The position numbers and the translations under genes are program-made. DNA of 63,964 nt, counting the filler, from Saprolegnia diclina VS20 (taxonomy: Eukaryota): assembly GCF_000281045.1 (NCBI RefSeq). It is 13 parts of 3 records of this genome, joined end to end, with 100 filler letters (N's around TTAATTAATTAA, not from the genome) between each part and the next. Parts side by side here need not be neighbours in the genome. Positions count along the whole stretch, not along the records: positions 1 to 2,808 come from NW_008246111.1; positions 2,909 to 4,420 come from NW_008246111.1; positions 4,521 to 6,591 come from NW_008246112.1; positions 6,692 to 11,578 come from NW_008246112.1; positions 11,679 to 34,193 come from NW_008246112.1; 8 more parts are not named here. The stretch is one strand, 5' to 3'. The first letter of the stretch is position 1; every line of letters begins with the position of its first letter. Below the pieces are notes generated by a model, which was not told where the DNA came from, ran no database searches, and worked only from the letters and a program-made list of their open reading frames with translations. Positions 1 to 13,497 of this stretch are shown piece after piece.

Positions 1-360
1 ACCCAAGCAACGGCGGGCAGCTTCAACGGTTTGTCTGCACGACCAACTGGATGTCGATTGCGTCTCGGGTTCTGCGATTACGGCAATACCGCCTCAACAG
101 CGGCTGGAGTACGTTCCCGCGGGCAAGCCAACGCTCTAAAAGCGCGTAGATACGTCTGTTGTAGTTGAGCTCTCGAGAAGGCGGCATTGGACGCGGCCAA
201 ATTAGCTTTGACCAATGCAGCTCAGCTGGCGCATTTTGATCAGGATGCTGAGCACCTCATGTGATTCGACGCCTCGGGCGACGACTTCTCGATCACGCAG
301 GTAGATAAGTTCAACGGTAGCGCGCCGTGTGGACGCTGCAGCACGAACTTCTTGACTGAG
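1..360 (+). mobile_element. Degenerate Ty3/gypsy pol fragment (RT thumb/connection to RNase H)
   Basis: Translates to 'PSNGGQLQRFVCTTNWMS...' and 'LEKAALDAAKLALTNAAQLAHFDQDAEHLM*FDASGDDFSITQV', resembling the gypsy P..A.ELQ.F....NW and K.AL..A..LAH.D......TDAS motifs; contains an in-frame stop. Confidence 0.6.
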
Positions 361-486
361 GCGTCGAGAAACATGAGCTTAGAGAAAACCCGTCTGACCA
401 AGTCCAAGAAGAAGGGACAAAGATGATGCCTGATGATATGATATGATATGGATTGAAATCTTTATACAGACTAAAGACTCCACCTA

Positions 487-1560
487 CTAAGACTTACGTA
501 CTAGTTGTGTGTTGAACGTCGGCGGCCAAAAGCTCTTCAACGTGCAGGAGCTCCTCGGCCGGCAGTACATCGTGCCGTCCGTTGTCGGGATGCGCGTACG
601 AGGTGCAGTCGTCGGGTGCGAGCTTGGACAAATGATCCGTGGCTTGGTTGAACTCGCGAGGGTGGTGTTCCCATATGTGCACGTAAAACATGGCGCGAGC
701 TCCCGCGCCTGGACATGCAGCTTCTGCAAACGGGCCTCTTGAACCCGGTGGATGCCCTTTATCTGCTGCATCAGCAGCATGCTGTCGCCGCGCACCGTGA
801 GATGCGTCACTGCCAGTCGCTGAGCTAGCTGGAGCGCCGTGATCAGACCGTCGTACTCGGCCTCGTTGTACGTTGTCGCGGTATCAAGGTAGTTGGCTTG
901 GTACACCACGCTCTGGGGCGGCTCGATCAAAAAGACGAGCGAGCCACTACCACCACAATTCGGGTCTTTCCGAGCCGCGCAATCAAAGTACGCGACCCCC
1001 GCAAGCGAGGTCATGTGGCACACCGGGTCGAGAACAGCGCGCTCGCCGTGTTGCTGCACGAGAGACTCGAAGACTCGAGCTCGGAGTGCGTGGTGGCGTC
1101 GAGTGTGGTACTGGCGTTGCGCCACAAAGATGCTGCCTAAGAACGAGACGCTGTGGCGTTTGGACGAAGTGGAATTCGAGTGAGTGGCCGAATTTTTTCG
1201 GCATCAAGTTTGCACAGAGCAAGTCGCCAAGCCAGACTTTGCGACAGTCCGACGCGACGTTGGACCTTTGGACGGTCAAGTCATCCAGCAAGGGATGTCA
1301 TCTGGATCCCCGGCGACGCCTCGGCTCTGGAGCAGCGGCACTTCGTTGTTGCGCATTGTTGACCGATGCGCCACGGCAGCAAGTTTGTGATGAAGATTCA
1401 CTTGAAGCGGCTCTTTTAGCTTGATCACCTATACGTCAACTTGACGGCGTTCATGAACCAGTGCTTGATTTTCCCTCACGTGAAGGGCAGGCGCGTGATT
1501 CAGCGCCCACATAACCAACTCTGGCCTGTGTCCCGTCCCAATAAAGGCATCCTCTTCGAT
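487..1560 (-). mobile_element. Retroelement relic with archaeal/plant-type RNase HI domain, frameshifted; possibly the 3' end of an L1-like non-LTR element
   Basis: ORF 487..1125 has YFDCAARKDPNCGGSG...TYNEAEYDGLITALQLA...LTVRGDSMLLMQQIKG, matching the RNase HI D/E/D motifs. The final motif 'WEHHPREFNQATDHLSK' lies in another frame (494..691), so there is a frameshift near 675. Upstream frames are broken and the element class is uncertain. Confidence 0.7.
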
Positions 1561-1575
1561 TTCCTCTTTTTGGGT

Positions 1576-1880
1576 TTCCTCAATCAAGACCGTGCTACTT
1601 GGTGGCAACAACCGTGTTGGTGTCCGCCATGCCAGAGGTGGGCGAGGCGGGTTAGCTTTTGACTGATACTACAAATTCGTGGATTGCTCGATCGAGCCGC
1701 TTGCTCTGCGCCTGGATCTTGTAACGTGTGCGTATTTCCATAACTTGATCCTCTAGAACGCTCGGCCTTGCGCGGAAAACCTCTTCCACTTCTTGGAAAC
1801 GGCACTTCCTCAATCAAGACCGAGCTACTTGGGGGCAACAACCGTGTTGGTGTCCGCCATGCCAGAGGTGCGCGAGGCGG
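1576..1880. repeat. 75-bp direct repeat, 2 copies (1576-1650 and 1806-1880)
   Basis: TTCCTCAATCAAGACCG(T/A)GCTACTTGG(T/G)GGCAACAACCGTGTTGGTGTCCGCCATGCCAGAGGTG(G/C)GCGAGGCGG; 3 mismatches, period 230 bp. Confidence 0.9.
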
Positions 1881-2808
1881 TCCCCCCAGAAATGATGCCA
1901 TGCGGTTGGGGCCAATCTAGTTGTGAGGTCGGTGAGAGGTTGTTCGTTGATGCTGGTGGGTTTGTGAGTGCGTCTGGTGACTTCTTGCCGAGAGGGCGGG
2001 GTCTGGCATGCTGCCACGACATAAGGCCGCAGCACCGCCGTTTCGGAGCTCGTGCGTCGAGTAGTTGCTGGGGTCTGTTTGGCACGCCGCAGCCACATTC
2101 TTGATCACGCGCGATACTGTTGGTGTTGAGCGAGGTGTTGTTGTGGTGTGGGTGATGGCTTGATGTCCTCTTGGTGCTTGAGAGTTTGATCCTTGTCGTC
2201 AAGAGACTTTGCGTCGTCGATTTCGAATGCACATGACTCGGGAGCTTGGGATGATGGGGTCGAGGCATTCTTGCACCTCAGCGAATGAGATAGGTCGCTT
2301 CTGCCGGGTGACGACGCGTGCACATCCAGCCAAACGAGATCCGACTGCGAAGCTCGGGGTGGCGAACATTGAAATCGAGATGCGCTTGGAGATCGGGAGC
2401 CATCCCGGTCGAGCGCCAAGAAAAGGTGACGACCGAGTAAAAGATCGAGCTTCTTCTCTAGTCGAGTGCGACGAGGCCGAGATGGCGACGTTCGGCGAGC
2501 AGTATAAGGCGCAGTACAGTGACTACTGCGACAGGCGCAAGGAGACGATCGCGTTCTATTCGCAGCGCGTGCGCGATCTTCTTTTTCCAACGCAGGGCTT
2601 CAAGATGTGGACGCGGGATCTGGACAAGCTCCGTCACATAACTGCGCCGCCTGGTTGTTGTGATGGGCCGCTGGGTGAGCTCACTTGCGAGGGTGCAGGG
2701 CTGCGTCGAGCTTGGGGAAGGTTGTCCATTCGCGCCAGACGTGTCTGTATGCTGACCGCTGCTCGTATCTTGACCAAAGACGACAGCCAAGGCTGCTGCG
2801 CGTTTTTG

Positions 2809-2908
2809 NNNNNNNNNNNNNNNNNNNNNNNNNNNNNNNNNNNNNNNNNNNNTTAATTAATTAANNNNNNNNNNNNNNNNNNNNNNNNNNNNNNNNNNNN
2901 NNNNNNNN
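2809..2908. other. Assembly gap with artificial six-frame-stop linker (N44-TTAATTAATTAA-N44). The same construct occurs at 4421-4520, 6592-6691, 11579-11678, 34194-34293, 36409-36508, 48780-48879, 49893-49992, 51824-51923, 54319-54418, 55806-55905 and 62834-62933.
   Basis: Identical 100-nt construct repeated 12 times; TTAATTAATTAA puts stops in all six frames. Confidence 0.97.
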
Positions 2909-4532
2909 CCGCATCGATCCTTCTCTGAAAAATCGTCGGTGCAGATTGGCGTGGTGCCGGCAGGTAGAACCAGGGGTCCGCGGCACGCTGCGGGTGAACC
3001 ATGGCGAGCGAGCTCAGCTCGTAGGGGAGCGTCGTTTGCTGGGGCGGTGATCTGCCGGCGACACCCGCGCACCAGTGCGACCACGGGGATTGGGGTGCAA
3101 CCGCGCTGCCGCTGCCAGCTGCCAAACTGAGACTCGCAGCTCGACGCTGCCTTCATCAGCAAAAAACGCTTGAGGCGTTCACCGAAACGCTGAGCGCGCC
3201 GGTCTTGCTGTAACTCCAGATGTAGACGCGCCTCGTGGTTGGTTCAGTCGAGCCATGTAGCGAGCGCCGCTAAAATGTCAACCATCGTGTACGCCGTAAA
3301 CTTGGACGGCACACTATCCTCGACCCGGATGTCACCGTTGTCAACATGCAGATGGTACCTAGTCACCCGTCCTTTATCCAGTCGGTCGATTCCTGCTTCA
3401 CACGCAGGAGGTGTGGCGTTGTCCCTTCCCATTGACGTTGGCATCAGAACCATCAAGTCGGTACTTGAGATCAGGCTTGACGGCATGTCATAGTGTGAAG
3501 ATGCACGAAAACCAAAAGCGTTTGCCTCTATCACGACCAAAGACGCCCAGTCCGAGTGGCGCATGACTCGGCTGCGCCCGAAGACGTAAACACGAGTTAC
3601 CGCGTGCCCCGGTTGCGTCCGAAGACGCCTTGACAGTCCGAGTGGTGAGTAGCTTAGCCTCGCCCATAAGTGCCCACAGGCCCAGTTGCGGTTGGTGATT
3701 ACGCCGAGACGACAGAGTCGCTGGTGCCGGCACTGTTGCCGAACCGAGAGGATGTAGTTGCGTGATTTGTCTAAGGTGGGTCGCACGAGTACCCACATTG
3801 GCAGCTTCACGGCTCCAAGTCCGCCCTCAAAGCCCCCCCAGTGCGCCACCGGGCGGTGTTGGTGAGAGCCATCGCGACCGTGTGAATGCGCAGCCGCCCG
3901 TCAACACCGGTGCACCATTTGCACCGTCATCAATGGAGGCGCAGCCAGAGCGTCTGACGGAATTGGTGAGTGTGCCTAGTCGGCGTGGCTTTCACTGCCG
4001 CCTTGACTGCGACTTTTCGATAGCCTGTCGTGTTGCCACCGCCAGGTGGCTTGCCATGCTGGCCGTGGGCTGGGTCACGGGTCTGCGCCCGGAAAGCTTG
4101 TGATGGTTGCGACGGCACCAGCGACGTCGCAGGCTGCCGTCGCGAGGGGGAAAAAGAGAAAAAACCGCGAACGTCTTGTGAGCTGCTCTACTGATGATGT
4201 CGCAATGTTGGGAAAACTTGTCGGCGTAGTCGAGCAGATCAATGCCCAAGGCAAGTGCACCCTCGTCGTACACACTGAGGTCGCGGAGCCGGACGTGTAG
4301 ATGTAGACAGACACAGAGCGAAGTTGACGCGCCAGTTGAACAAAAAACCAAGTTGCCGAGACGGGTATAACGGACCGTATCGCACTCACCCACGAGCGCC
4401 AGGGACGCAATTGGCAGGGGNNNNNNNNNNNNNNNNNNNNNNNNNNNNNNNNNNNNNNNNNNNNTTAATTAATTAANNNNNNNNNNNNNNNNNNNNNNNN
4501 NNNNNNNNNNNNNNNNNNNNTGGCCATGACGC

Positions 4533-6158
4533 TCATCTCGTCCAATCGGCAGTCGCGGAGCGTGACGCACTCGACGCCGGCAGCGATCCATTGGCCAAGA
4601 TACTGCGCAAATTCCAGATAAGAATCGGCATACCTACGCCAGTTATTTCGCTGAAGAAACGGCGCTTTACTAAAGGGAGGCCGTTCGTCGCGCTGAGATT
4701 TGACTGGGTGGCACTAAACTTGTTCGTGGGTTGGAACTGGGCGACCGTCGTTTCCAGCCCAATTGAGCACGTCGAGCTCTTCGGCTCGGTGGCGCGGGAT
4801 CGACCGTCATCATTTGTCATGGCACAAGCATACTAGTAGTACTAGTAGTGAGCAACGCCCACATGCAAGACGCCGATCACGGCGGGCACGCTGTACACCC
4901 GTTCAATGAGAATTTGTGTGACATGCCCAGGAGATGCGACAGCAGCGCGGTTGCCAACATCAATTCGAGGCATGCTCGGCGTCGAGCACGAAGCGCCGAG
5001 ATCCATTGATCACGTTGGTCCTACAAGGTTAGAACTATCTTTGATTCGAAACAACACAAGATCGTGCATTCAACGCGTTTGTGATCATCTCGAGTGATGC
5101 GTCTTACGGGCTGTAAACGTGTACCTCATGATTGTCAATATAGTCTCCGAGTCGTAGCTGCAGCGTTGACGCAAAATAGGCAACTTCCTTGCACTTGTAG
5201 CGGGCGTCGACGACCTCGAGAGAGACACCACAGCACGTGGTGAGCGCCTCCAAAAGCACGTCAAACGAGTCCACCTCGCTGTTGAAGAACGAAAGCACAA
5301 AGGGCGACAACCGATGTGAGTCAGCGAGCGCTGTCGCAAGAGCACTAACGCCACTGTCGGTGACGTCGCAGTAGTCGAGAGCGATGCAGTCAAAAGGCTT
5401 TGCACAACGCTGTCAGCATCGTTGAGCTCGAGGCTCGTGAGCGATGCGGTGGCGGCGATGGCCCGCGCCAGCCGAGTGTCGTCGGCCGATTCGAAAAACT
5501 TGAGCCCGAGGTGCTGTGCAATGCCCAAGGCGAGCCACGCCTCCAGGACCGGGAGCCAGCTTTCACTCAAGAACGCGAATTCGTCCATCCCGATGAGGTC
5601 CAGTCGCGTGACATACTGCATCCCGCTGGCGACTGCGTCGATGAAGGCAGGATCCGGCTCCTCGACTTTCACATGCATGTGGTCGAGACCCGTGCAGAGA
5701 CTCAGAAGTTTAGCGAGCTCAGCGTTGGTGTGGCAGTTCAGCACCGTTGGTATGTAGATCGACGTGATCTTGTGACCCCACTTGGCAGCCAGTGCCATCG
5801 TCGGGTTGAACGAAGAAGCATCGGTGTCAGGGTTGGCAGCTCGCAAATTGGCGTCGAGTCTGTCGCAATGCTCAATACGAATCGAGCGAAAGACTGGTAG
5901 CGCGGCGAGAACGGTCGATGTGTATTGGCGGTCAACGTGTTCAATGCAGATTTGCGGCCAGAGGCAGTCGTCCACACCATGGGACGTTGTCGTGAAGAGC
6001 GTTCGGAGCGCTGTCAATGGCGCATCCAGATTAGCAGGTGGCAGTGCGTGGAGGAGCGATGCGACGTCTTTGGACGACGACAAGCACTGAGCAATCGAGG
6101 CGAGGACTGCGGGGTGGGCGGCATCGATCGGTGCCACGCAAGGTCGCTTGCGCAGCAT
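4533..6158 (-). CDS. Saprolegniales expanded-family protein with F-box-like N-terminus and RNI-like leucine-rich repeats; 3' part disrupted (possible pseudogene)
   Basis: ATG at 6158 (MLRKRPC...VLASIAQCLSSSKDVASLLHALP...LWPQICI), LRR-like segments (VTRLDLIG, LTSLELNDAD); continuation is broken across frames toward ~4533, so the 3' end is approximate. Confidence 0.5.
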
Positions 6159-7558
6159 GGCTTGTTGTGGAAATAGAGATGTATTTTTGCATTCAGATTG
6201 GTTGCCATTTGTAACGGACGCGATTTTGATTGGAAACACGTGGCAGACCTGCAGGTGTTTAAATCCTTGATCGATTTGGTTGTGAAATCGCTCCGACACA
6301 CAAGTATTCTTTGGGCCTTTATCGATGCCCACGACACACCACGACGCACAATAGAGTTCTTTTCTATCGTAGCATTATTTATCGTCGTAGTACTTGGCCG
6401 TCAACGACGTTCAGCCAACATACAATTTAGTGTCCCTAGACAAAGCGTGAAGAAATAACGCGATGAACGGCCTCCGTTTAGTTATCAAGCCAAAAGCAGA
6501 GAACTAATCACGTAATGAGCCCCCTAACAAGCAAATATTTGGGACGATACGCTTGAGCTCAATCGATGCATATTAGAGGCTATGGATGGCCNNNNNNNNN
6601 NNNNNNNNNNNNNNNNNNNNNNNNNNNNNNNNNNNTTAATTAATTAANNNNNNNNNNNNNNNNNNNNNNNNNNNNNNNNNNNNNNNNNNNNTTGTGGCAC
6701 TTGCCGAGCGTGGCCTTATTATGGTGACCGTCTTCAGTGACATTCGTGTCCGGATGGGGGGGAAATCCGGATAGAAATATCGGCGCGTCGGGTTCGAACC
6801 GGCGACCTCGGGAGGCGGAAGCAGGAATCATACCGCTCGGCTCAAGCGTCCCCCCCCCATGTTGTATACCACCGTGCTGACGATCCAACTGTAAGTAGTA
6901 CAGTGTACAAGGGCAGCTTGGAGCTGCAGGTTTGGACCGAAGCCACATGAGCAACTTCAGTGAGACCTTCTAGGCACGCGTATTTCCTCAACAAAGAGCG
7001 AGAAATAGTGTGCGAAGCATCCAGAAAGAAGAATTCGTGTAAGCACGGAGGTGGGCGACTTGCGTATATTCAGGCTTGGCCGAGCACCAAAGTGGCACAC
7101 CACTAAACGACATGTTGTGTTCACGGATGCAGAACCAAGTTTGCATCATCAACGACGAGAATCACGTCACCCAGACCGTCGCCCTACTAGAACTCAAGTA
7201 TATGGAACTACTCTACATATATCCAAGGAGGAATTTGTTGACGATCCATAATGCTACAGAGTGTGTCCGAGGGAGGGGCCTCATACATACCTATGATTAT
7301 ACTTCGACCATCAAGTGGTGGCATGAGACCAGGCGCTCATTCGAATAACTCTGCTGTCCTATAACCACTACAACGCAGATCCACAACACCGACGCTGCTG
7401 TGACCGTCTTGTACTGTCCAGCTACTCTGCTCGTGGAGCTGTCCTACGACGACAGCCCCTCGGAAGTATCAGACGTCCTTGAATTCTAGACAGGCGGCAC
7501 GGACCTGGTTCGTTCGACTGCCGCAGTCGCCTTCTCCTCCTTCACACGAACGAAAGTG

Positions 7559-9930
7559 ATGCGATTCTTGCTCCTTGCGGTGACTCTACCTCTTCCTACT
7601 CGGTGGCTCATGAACAACATTGTGTCGTAGCTGGCGCTCCGAAGCCACGTACTACTGGCCCAAAGCATGCGCTGCCCGTATGCAGCGTACACTTCAACGT
7701 ACACGACTACCCACTGCATCGACGGCTTTCTCTATTGCGTCGTCGACCGCCTCTGCAAGGTGCTACAAGGGCTACGTCCATCGCCAAAGCTCATGCGAGT
7801 TTGTCTGTAGCAAGTACACGGGTATACCAACTTGGACGTCGTCTTGGCGCCAAACACGTCGGATCCATGGCTGCGCGTGCAAGGTTCGGAGAGCAGCTTT
7901 GATAGCGTGTCTCTGATAGCACTGGGTAGCGCCCGCCGAGCACGTGGCTCAACTACCGTCTCTCGACAGGCTTCAGATGTACTGTACGCCTTCGCCTCTC
8001 AAAACAATTTGTTAAAAAGGCTCCACTCGATAGATCGTTTGAAGCAGGTGACGTTCAGTCGGTCGGCAACCTCTCGCTGTCGACAGCGCATGCCATGTAT
8101 CCTAGCACGACGATATCGACTATGGTCTTACACTCAATATATAGCCATTCTCAACCAAAATGTGACTTTGGACCTCGTCCGTGCGGTGCTGCCATCGACT
8201 TTGCGCAGCCTGTACGTTCATGAAAGCTGTGTGGGATGAGGTATTGATGCCACAACAACGATTAAGGCGACTTGTGAACTGTGGCTTGCGAGAGCTGCCG
8301 CCAACCATCCACACGCAGCCCCTCGAATTGCTGTACGTATTCGGAACTAGATTGCGTGCTGTCATGGCTATTGGTGTGGTAGGGATGCGTCTCAGAATGT
8401 GATTTGACGCATTATAAACGTCGACTGGAGCAGTGTGCGACGCGTGTACTGGATCGATCGGGAAGTTCATAATGGTATATAGTCATGGCTTGACATAGGG
8501 ACCTCCACGACAACCCAATCACTGAGGTCGCCAATCTTCGCATTCCATCCACGATGAGCTACTTGTACGTTTTCATCCGTGAGACATGTTGTCTCCGTCC
8601 ATTTCTTATGTTTGCGTAGATCGTTTGGCGAAGCAGCACTCACATCGTTCAATGTGAGTGCGACGACGTTTGAAACGTTGCTGGCACTGCCAACCCTTGT
8701 CGTTGGCAGTGTTGACGGGAATGCTTTCTGTGTACCACCAAGCACGCGCAAGCCGCTCCGAGGATTCGTCCTCTGCGTGGCGCCAGGTACCTATTTTGTG
8801 AGTACTACGACTATACATGACCTTGATCTAGACCAAATGGATCGTCCGAGACGGCAACGTGGTCATCACACAGCCACCAACAACCCCGCTTCCGACGTTG
8901 TCCAAAGGCGACCGCATCGTCCAAACACCGACTACGACCAATGACAATTTTGACAAGCCCACGATGACACCAGTAGCACCAAGCTTACCGACAGTACCAG
9001 ATGATGCACGTACGGACGCACCCGCATCATCAACCACACGACTGACCGTCATGCCATTCACGGCGCCCTTGGTGCCCTCCACGGGGCCGTCCGCAAGCCC
9101 ATCGGGGGTGCCGGCTGAAGATCTGCCAGTAACAACAACGACTGCTAAGAGGCCGGTGACACCGGCGACAAGCCGCGAGCCTGGCATCAGCGTGGCCCCT
9201 CTGCAGATCCAGCCGTCAGTGCCGCTTGTTTCTGAGAGTCCCGAGGCCAACATGGGACCTGTCGCGATCTCTCCAGGGTCCGATGCCGTTCGAGTTGACG
9301 ATGATATTTCCGGTGCGGTTCCAACTCCATCGTCCGGCCCAGCCATCGTCATTGCACCGTCTACGGGCGAGGGCAGTGGCACCACACGACCCCCTCCAGT
9401 AGCACCAAGCCAAGCGCCAGGGACGTTGCCAGCTCTAGCGCAGTCCCCGACAAAAAACCAGACCCAGCGATCCGTTCGGTCGAGTCGGCAGCGCGCTGGG
9501 GCGCCATCGCGAGCGTTGTCGTTTTGCTCCTTGTCATTGCTGCAGCGATGGTGCGTCGCGCCCGACGACGTACTCACTTGTATATATCTTTTTGTTTTAT
9601 TATATTGTAGTTGCCTATGAAGTTGATAACTGTGCTAGGTCGACAACATTCGAAGATGATTTGCTCACCTCGCCCATGGCAGAGATCTTGGCCGTGCCCT
9701 TCGATTTGAACGTTGTGCTTTCTTGGATGCAATGCGCTCAAAGATCTTATGCGGAATAGGATCTGCAGCTCCTGCGCTTGGATGACCTTGCGCTTTTCCT
9801 TGAACTTCCTGGATAGAGCAGATGCGACGCTAGAATCTGGCACCAGCTCTGGCACCGCCTTGAAACCAGATCTGCGAAGATGGACGGTCGCTCTGATTGA
9901 CAAGCACCGCGTTGAAAGACGGCGCCTCCA
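7559..9930 (+). pseudogene. Degenerate LRR receptor-like (TKL) kinase: signal peptide, LRR ectodomain, Pro/Thr stalk, TM helix and start of kinase domain
   Basis: MRFLLLAVTL at 7559; LRR-like 'LPSTLRSLYV', 'NCGLRELPPTI'; 'FNVSATTFETLLAL...C...LRGFVLCV'; P/T-rich ORF 8859..9620; TM 'AIASVVVLLLVIAAAMVRRARRR' (~9500-9570); 'DLQLLRLDDLAL...' juxtamembrane/kinase start. Many frameshifts and stops. Confidence 0.55.
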
Positions 9931-9965
9931 CTAATATGGGATGAAATCAAGTAGTACCAACAAGG

Positions 9966-10937
9966 GACCGATCGACTCGGACCCCGCGAGTCCCACACAA
10001 TCTCGGGGTCAACCGCAGCGTACGTCGCCATCGACTGCTGGCTGTTGCTGTTTGTGAAGCAACGAGATCGTTGTCTTGCGTTTGGAACGAGTCAAGTGTT
10101 GCCTGTGTAGGTTATTTGGCTAGTGCTACAATTGTAATACCAGCAGTCGTCTGAGTCGTGACCAGACGTGCCGCAAGGATCGAATCCGTTGACAATATTT
10201 GCTGGGCGGTGCAAGCGGAAATAGCGGCGCCAGCTAATCCGGACATTCTTATCCGGACGAAATGTGCTCGACGGCGCTGGACGGCAGCTTGTTGACGAGA
10301 TTTGAAGTTTTTATAGAGTCGTATGTTTTGTTCAATATACATAGCACATGACGCAGGGAGCCCAAAAACCAAAGAATCGTGCTCGTAGCGTGCCTACAGC
10401 CCGAGTTCGTTGCAATTGGAATTTGATGGTCGATTGGTACACTGATACACTGATATTAGATTCAGTATCAAGTTTTGCAAACTTGAACGGCGCACAACAC
10501 AGGCTGTAGGCACGCTACGAGCACGATTCTTTGGTTTTTGGGCTCCCTGCGTCATGTGCTATGTATATTGAACAAAACATACGACTCTATAAAAACTTCA
10601 AATCTCGTCAACAAGCTGCCGTCCAGCGCCGTCGAGCACATTTCGTCCGGATAAGAATGTCCGGATTAGCTGGCGCCGCTATTTCCGCTTGCACCGCCCA
10701 GCAAATATTGTCAACGGATTCGATCCTTGCGGCACGTCTGGTCACGACTCAGACGACTGCTGGTATTACAATTGTAGCACTAGCCAAATAACCTACACAG
10801 GCAACACTTGACTCGTTCCAAACGCAAGACAACGATCTCGTTGCTTCACAAACAGCAACAGCCAACAGTCGATGGCGACGTACGCTGCGGTTGACCCCGA
10901 GATTGTGTGGGACTTACGGGGTCCGAGTCGATCGGTC
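9966..10937. repeat. Long inverted repeat: 436-bp arms (9966-10401 and 10502-10937), 100-bp spacer
   Basis: Arms are colinear reverse complements (coordinate sum 20903) with about 3 mismatches seen near the outer ends; identical mirrored ORFs 10112..10372(-) and 10531..10791(+). Degenerate similarity extends to about 9935 and 10977. Confidence 0.95.
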
Positions 10938-11305
10938 ACCTCGTTGGTACGACGATCCCACTTGATTGCATCACATACTAGCCAGGATCGTTGATGATAC
11001 GTCAGTGTAGTGGACGTCATGGGCTACTCGGACGTGTCATCACCGATCTTTGCCCATCTACAACGGGTACTGCCATGCTGCGCGTTCGAAAGTCGAGTTG
11101 AGCAACGATGAATGTGGTGTTAGAGAATTATAAAAGCTTGTACTATTCGACTATAGACTCGACGGTGGTGCGGCTGTCAGCTACCTCGTATCCAGACTGC
11201 GAGTCTCGAAAGCGGTCATCTTGGATCATGAACGTCCGAAGGCTGCGATGTAGCGCAAGAAGCGCGTCGCGTAGCCCACAGCCTACCACAGAAAATTGGT
11301 TGAAA

Positions 11306-11578
11306 CTATCGCGACCTAGGTGTCTCTACCTCCTCCTCCTCGATGGGGCTTGGGGCATCGCTCGGCTCCTCGACGCCGTCCACTTCTTCAACGAGTGCAT
11401 CGCTTGGCTCCTCGACGTCGTCCGCTTCACCGTCGACTTCGAAGAGGTCAAATGCCGTCGTGTCGCGATGTGGCAGGAGCGTTTTGATGATGTCCTCGGC
11501 CGTCGGGCGCTCGGTAGGGTCAAACGAAAGACACCGATTGGCGAGGTCTCTGAGCCACTGCGGACACGTGTCGCTCAT
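11306..11578 (-). CDS. C-terminal fragment of a TKL-family protein kinase (subdomain XI plus acidic tail), truncated by gap
   Basis: 'SDTCPQWLRDLANRCLSFDPTERPTAEDIIKTL' matches the kinase XI motif C...DP..RP.A. Confidence 0.75.
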   Translation of the reverse strand: MSDTCPQWLRDLANRCLSFDPTERPTAEDIIKTLLPHRDTTAFDLFEVDGEADDVEEPSDALVEEVDGVEEPSDAPSPIEEEEVETPRSR

Positions 11579-12194
11579 NNNNNNNNNNNNNNNNNNNNNN
11601 NNNNNNNNNNNNNNNNNNNNNNTTAATTAATTAANNNNNNNNNNNNNNNNNNNNNNNNNNNNNNNNNNNNNNNNNNNNTACTCGTGCACGGTACATGCGT
11701 GTATGCACAAGCAGCGGCGCGCGCCACGAGCCGTCCGAACGGTGCGCGCGACTTCGGTGGGCGCTCGCGTATGATTGCGTCGGCATGTCACGCGACCCGC
11801 CAACCTCGTAGACACGATCGGGACAGACCCCACGCCATCTTGATCGCTCTCTACTGCAGCTCGGGTGCTTGGGCGCCGCCGACGACACAGATGTCAAACG
11901 TGCCATTGATGCAGTCCTTCCGACGCCAGTAGTGCATCCGCTAGCAGTAGCACTTGCGCAGTCTTGGCCGCCACCAAGCGGAAAGGTTGATGGACTGTGA
12001 ACCTTCGCGGAGCTTCGGACTTGACATGGCGGTGGATGCAAGTAACCGGAAGCGGGCCAATCAAAGTGCGGAAGCGTTGCGATCTTCAAGCAAATATTGT
12101 ATGTGCCTGACCCACCCCCTCCTAAAACAAAAGAACGGCATCTTTGTATGTAGAGAGGGAGGGTACACGCGGGCGATGAGGGGGGAGGCCATAG

Positions 12195-13497
<1,303 letters not shown>

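Noticed and set aside
2853..2864. Recurrent TTAATTAATTAA palindrome, resembling a repeat, piggyBac TTAA site or array unit
   Set aside because: Always centred in N44...N44; it is an artificial contig linker, not biology.
2209..4420. ORFs 2209..2808 and 3244..3849
   Set aside because: No recognisable motif, interrupted by stops and gaps; cannot support a call.
10112..10791. Two identical 86-aa ORFs on opposite strands
   Set aside because: By-product of the inverted repeat; non-ATG start, no domain, no coding bias.
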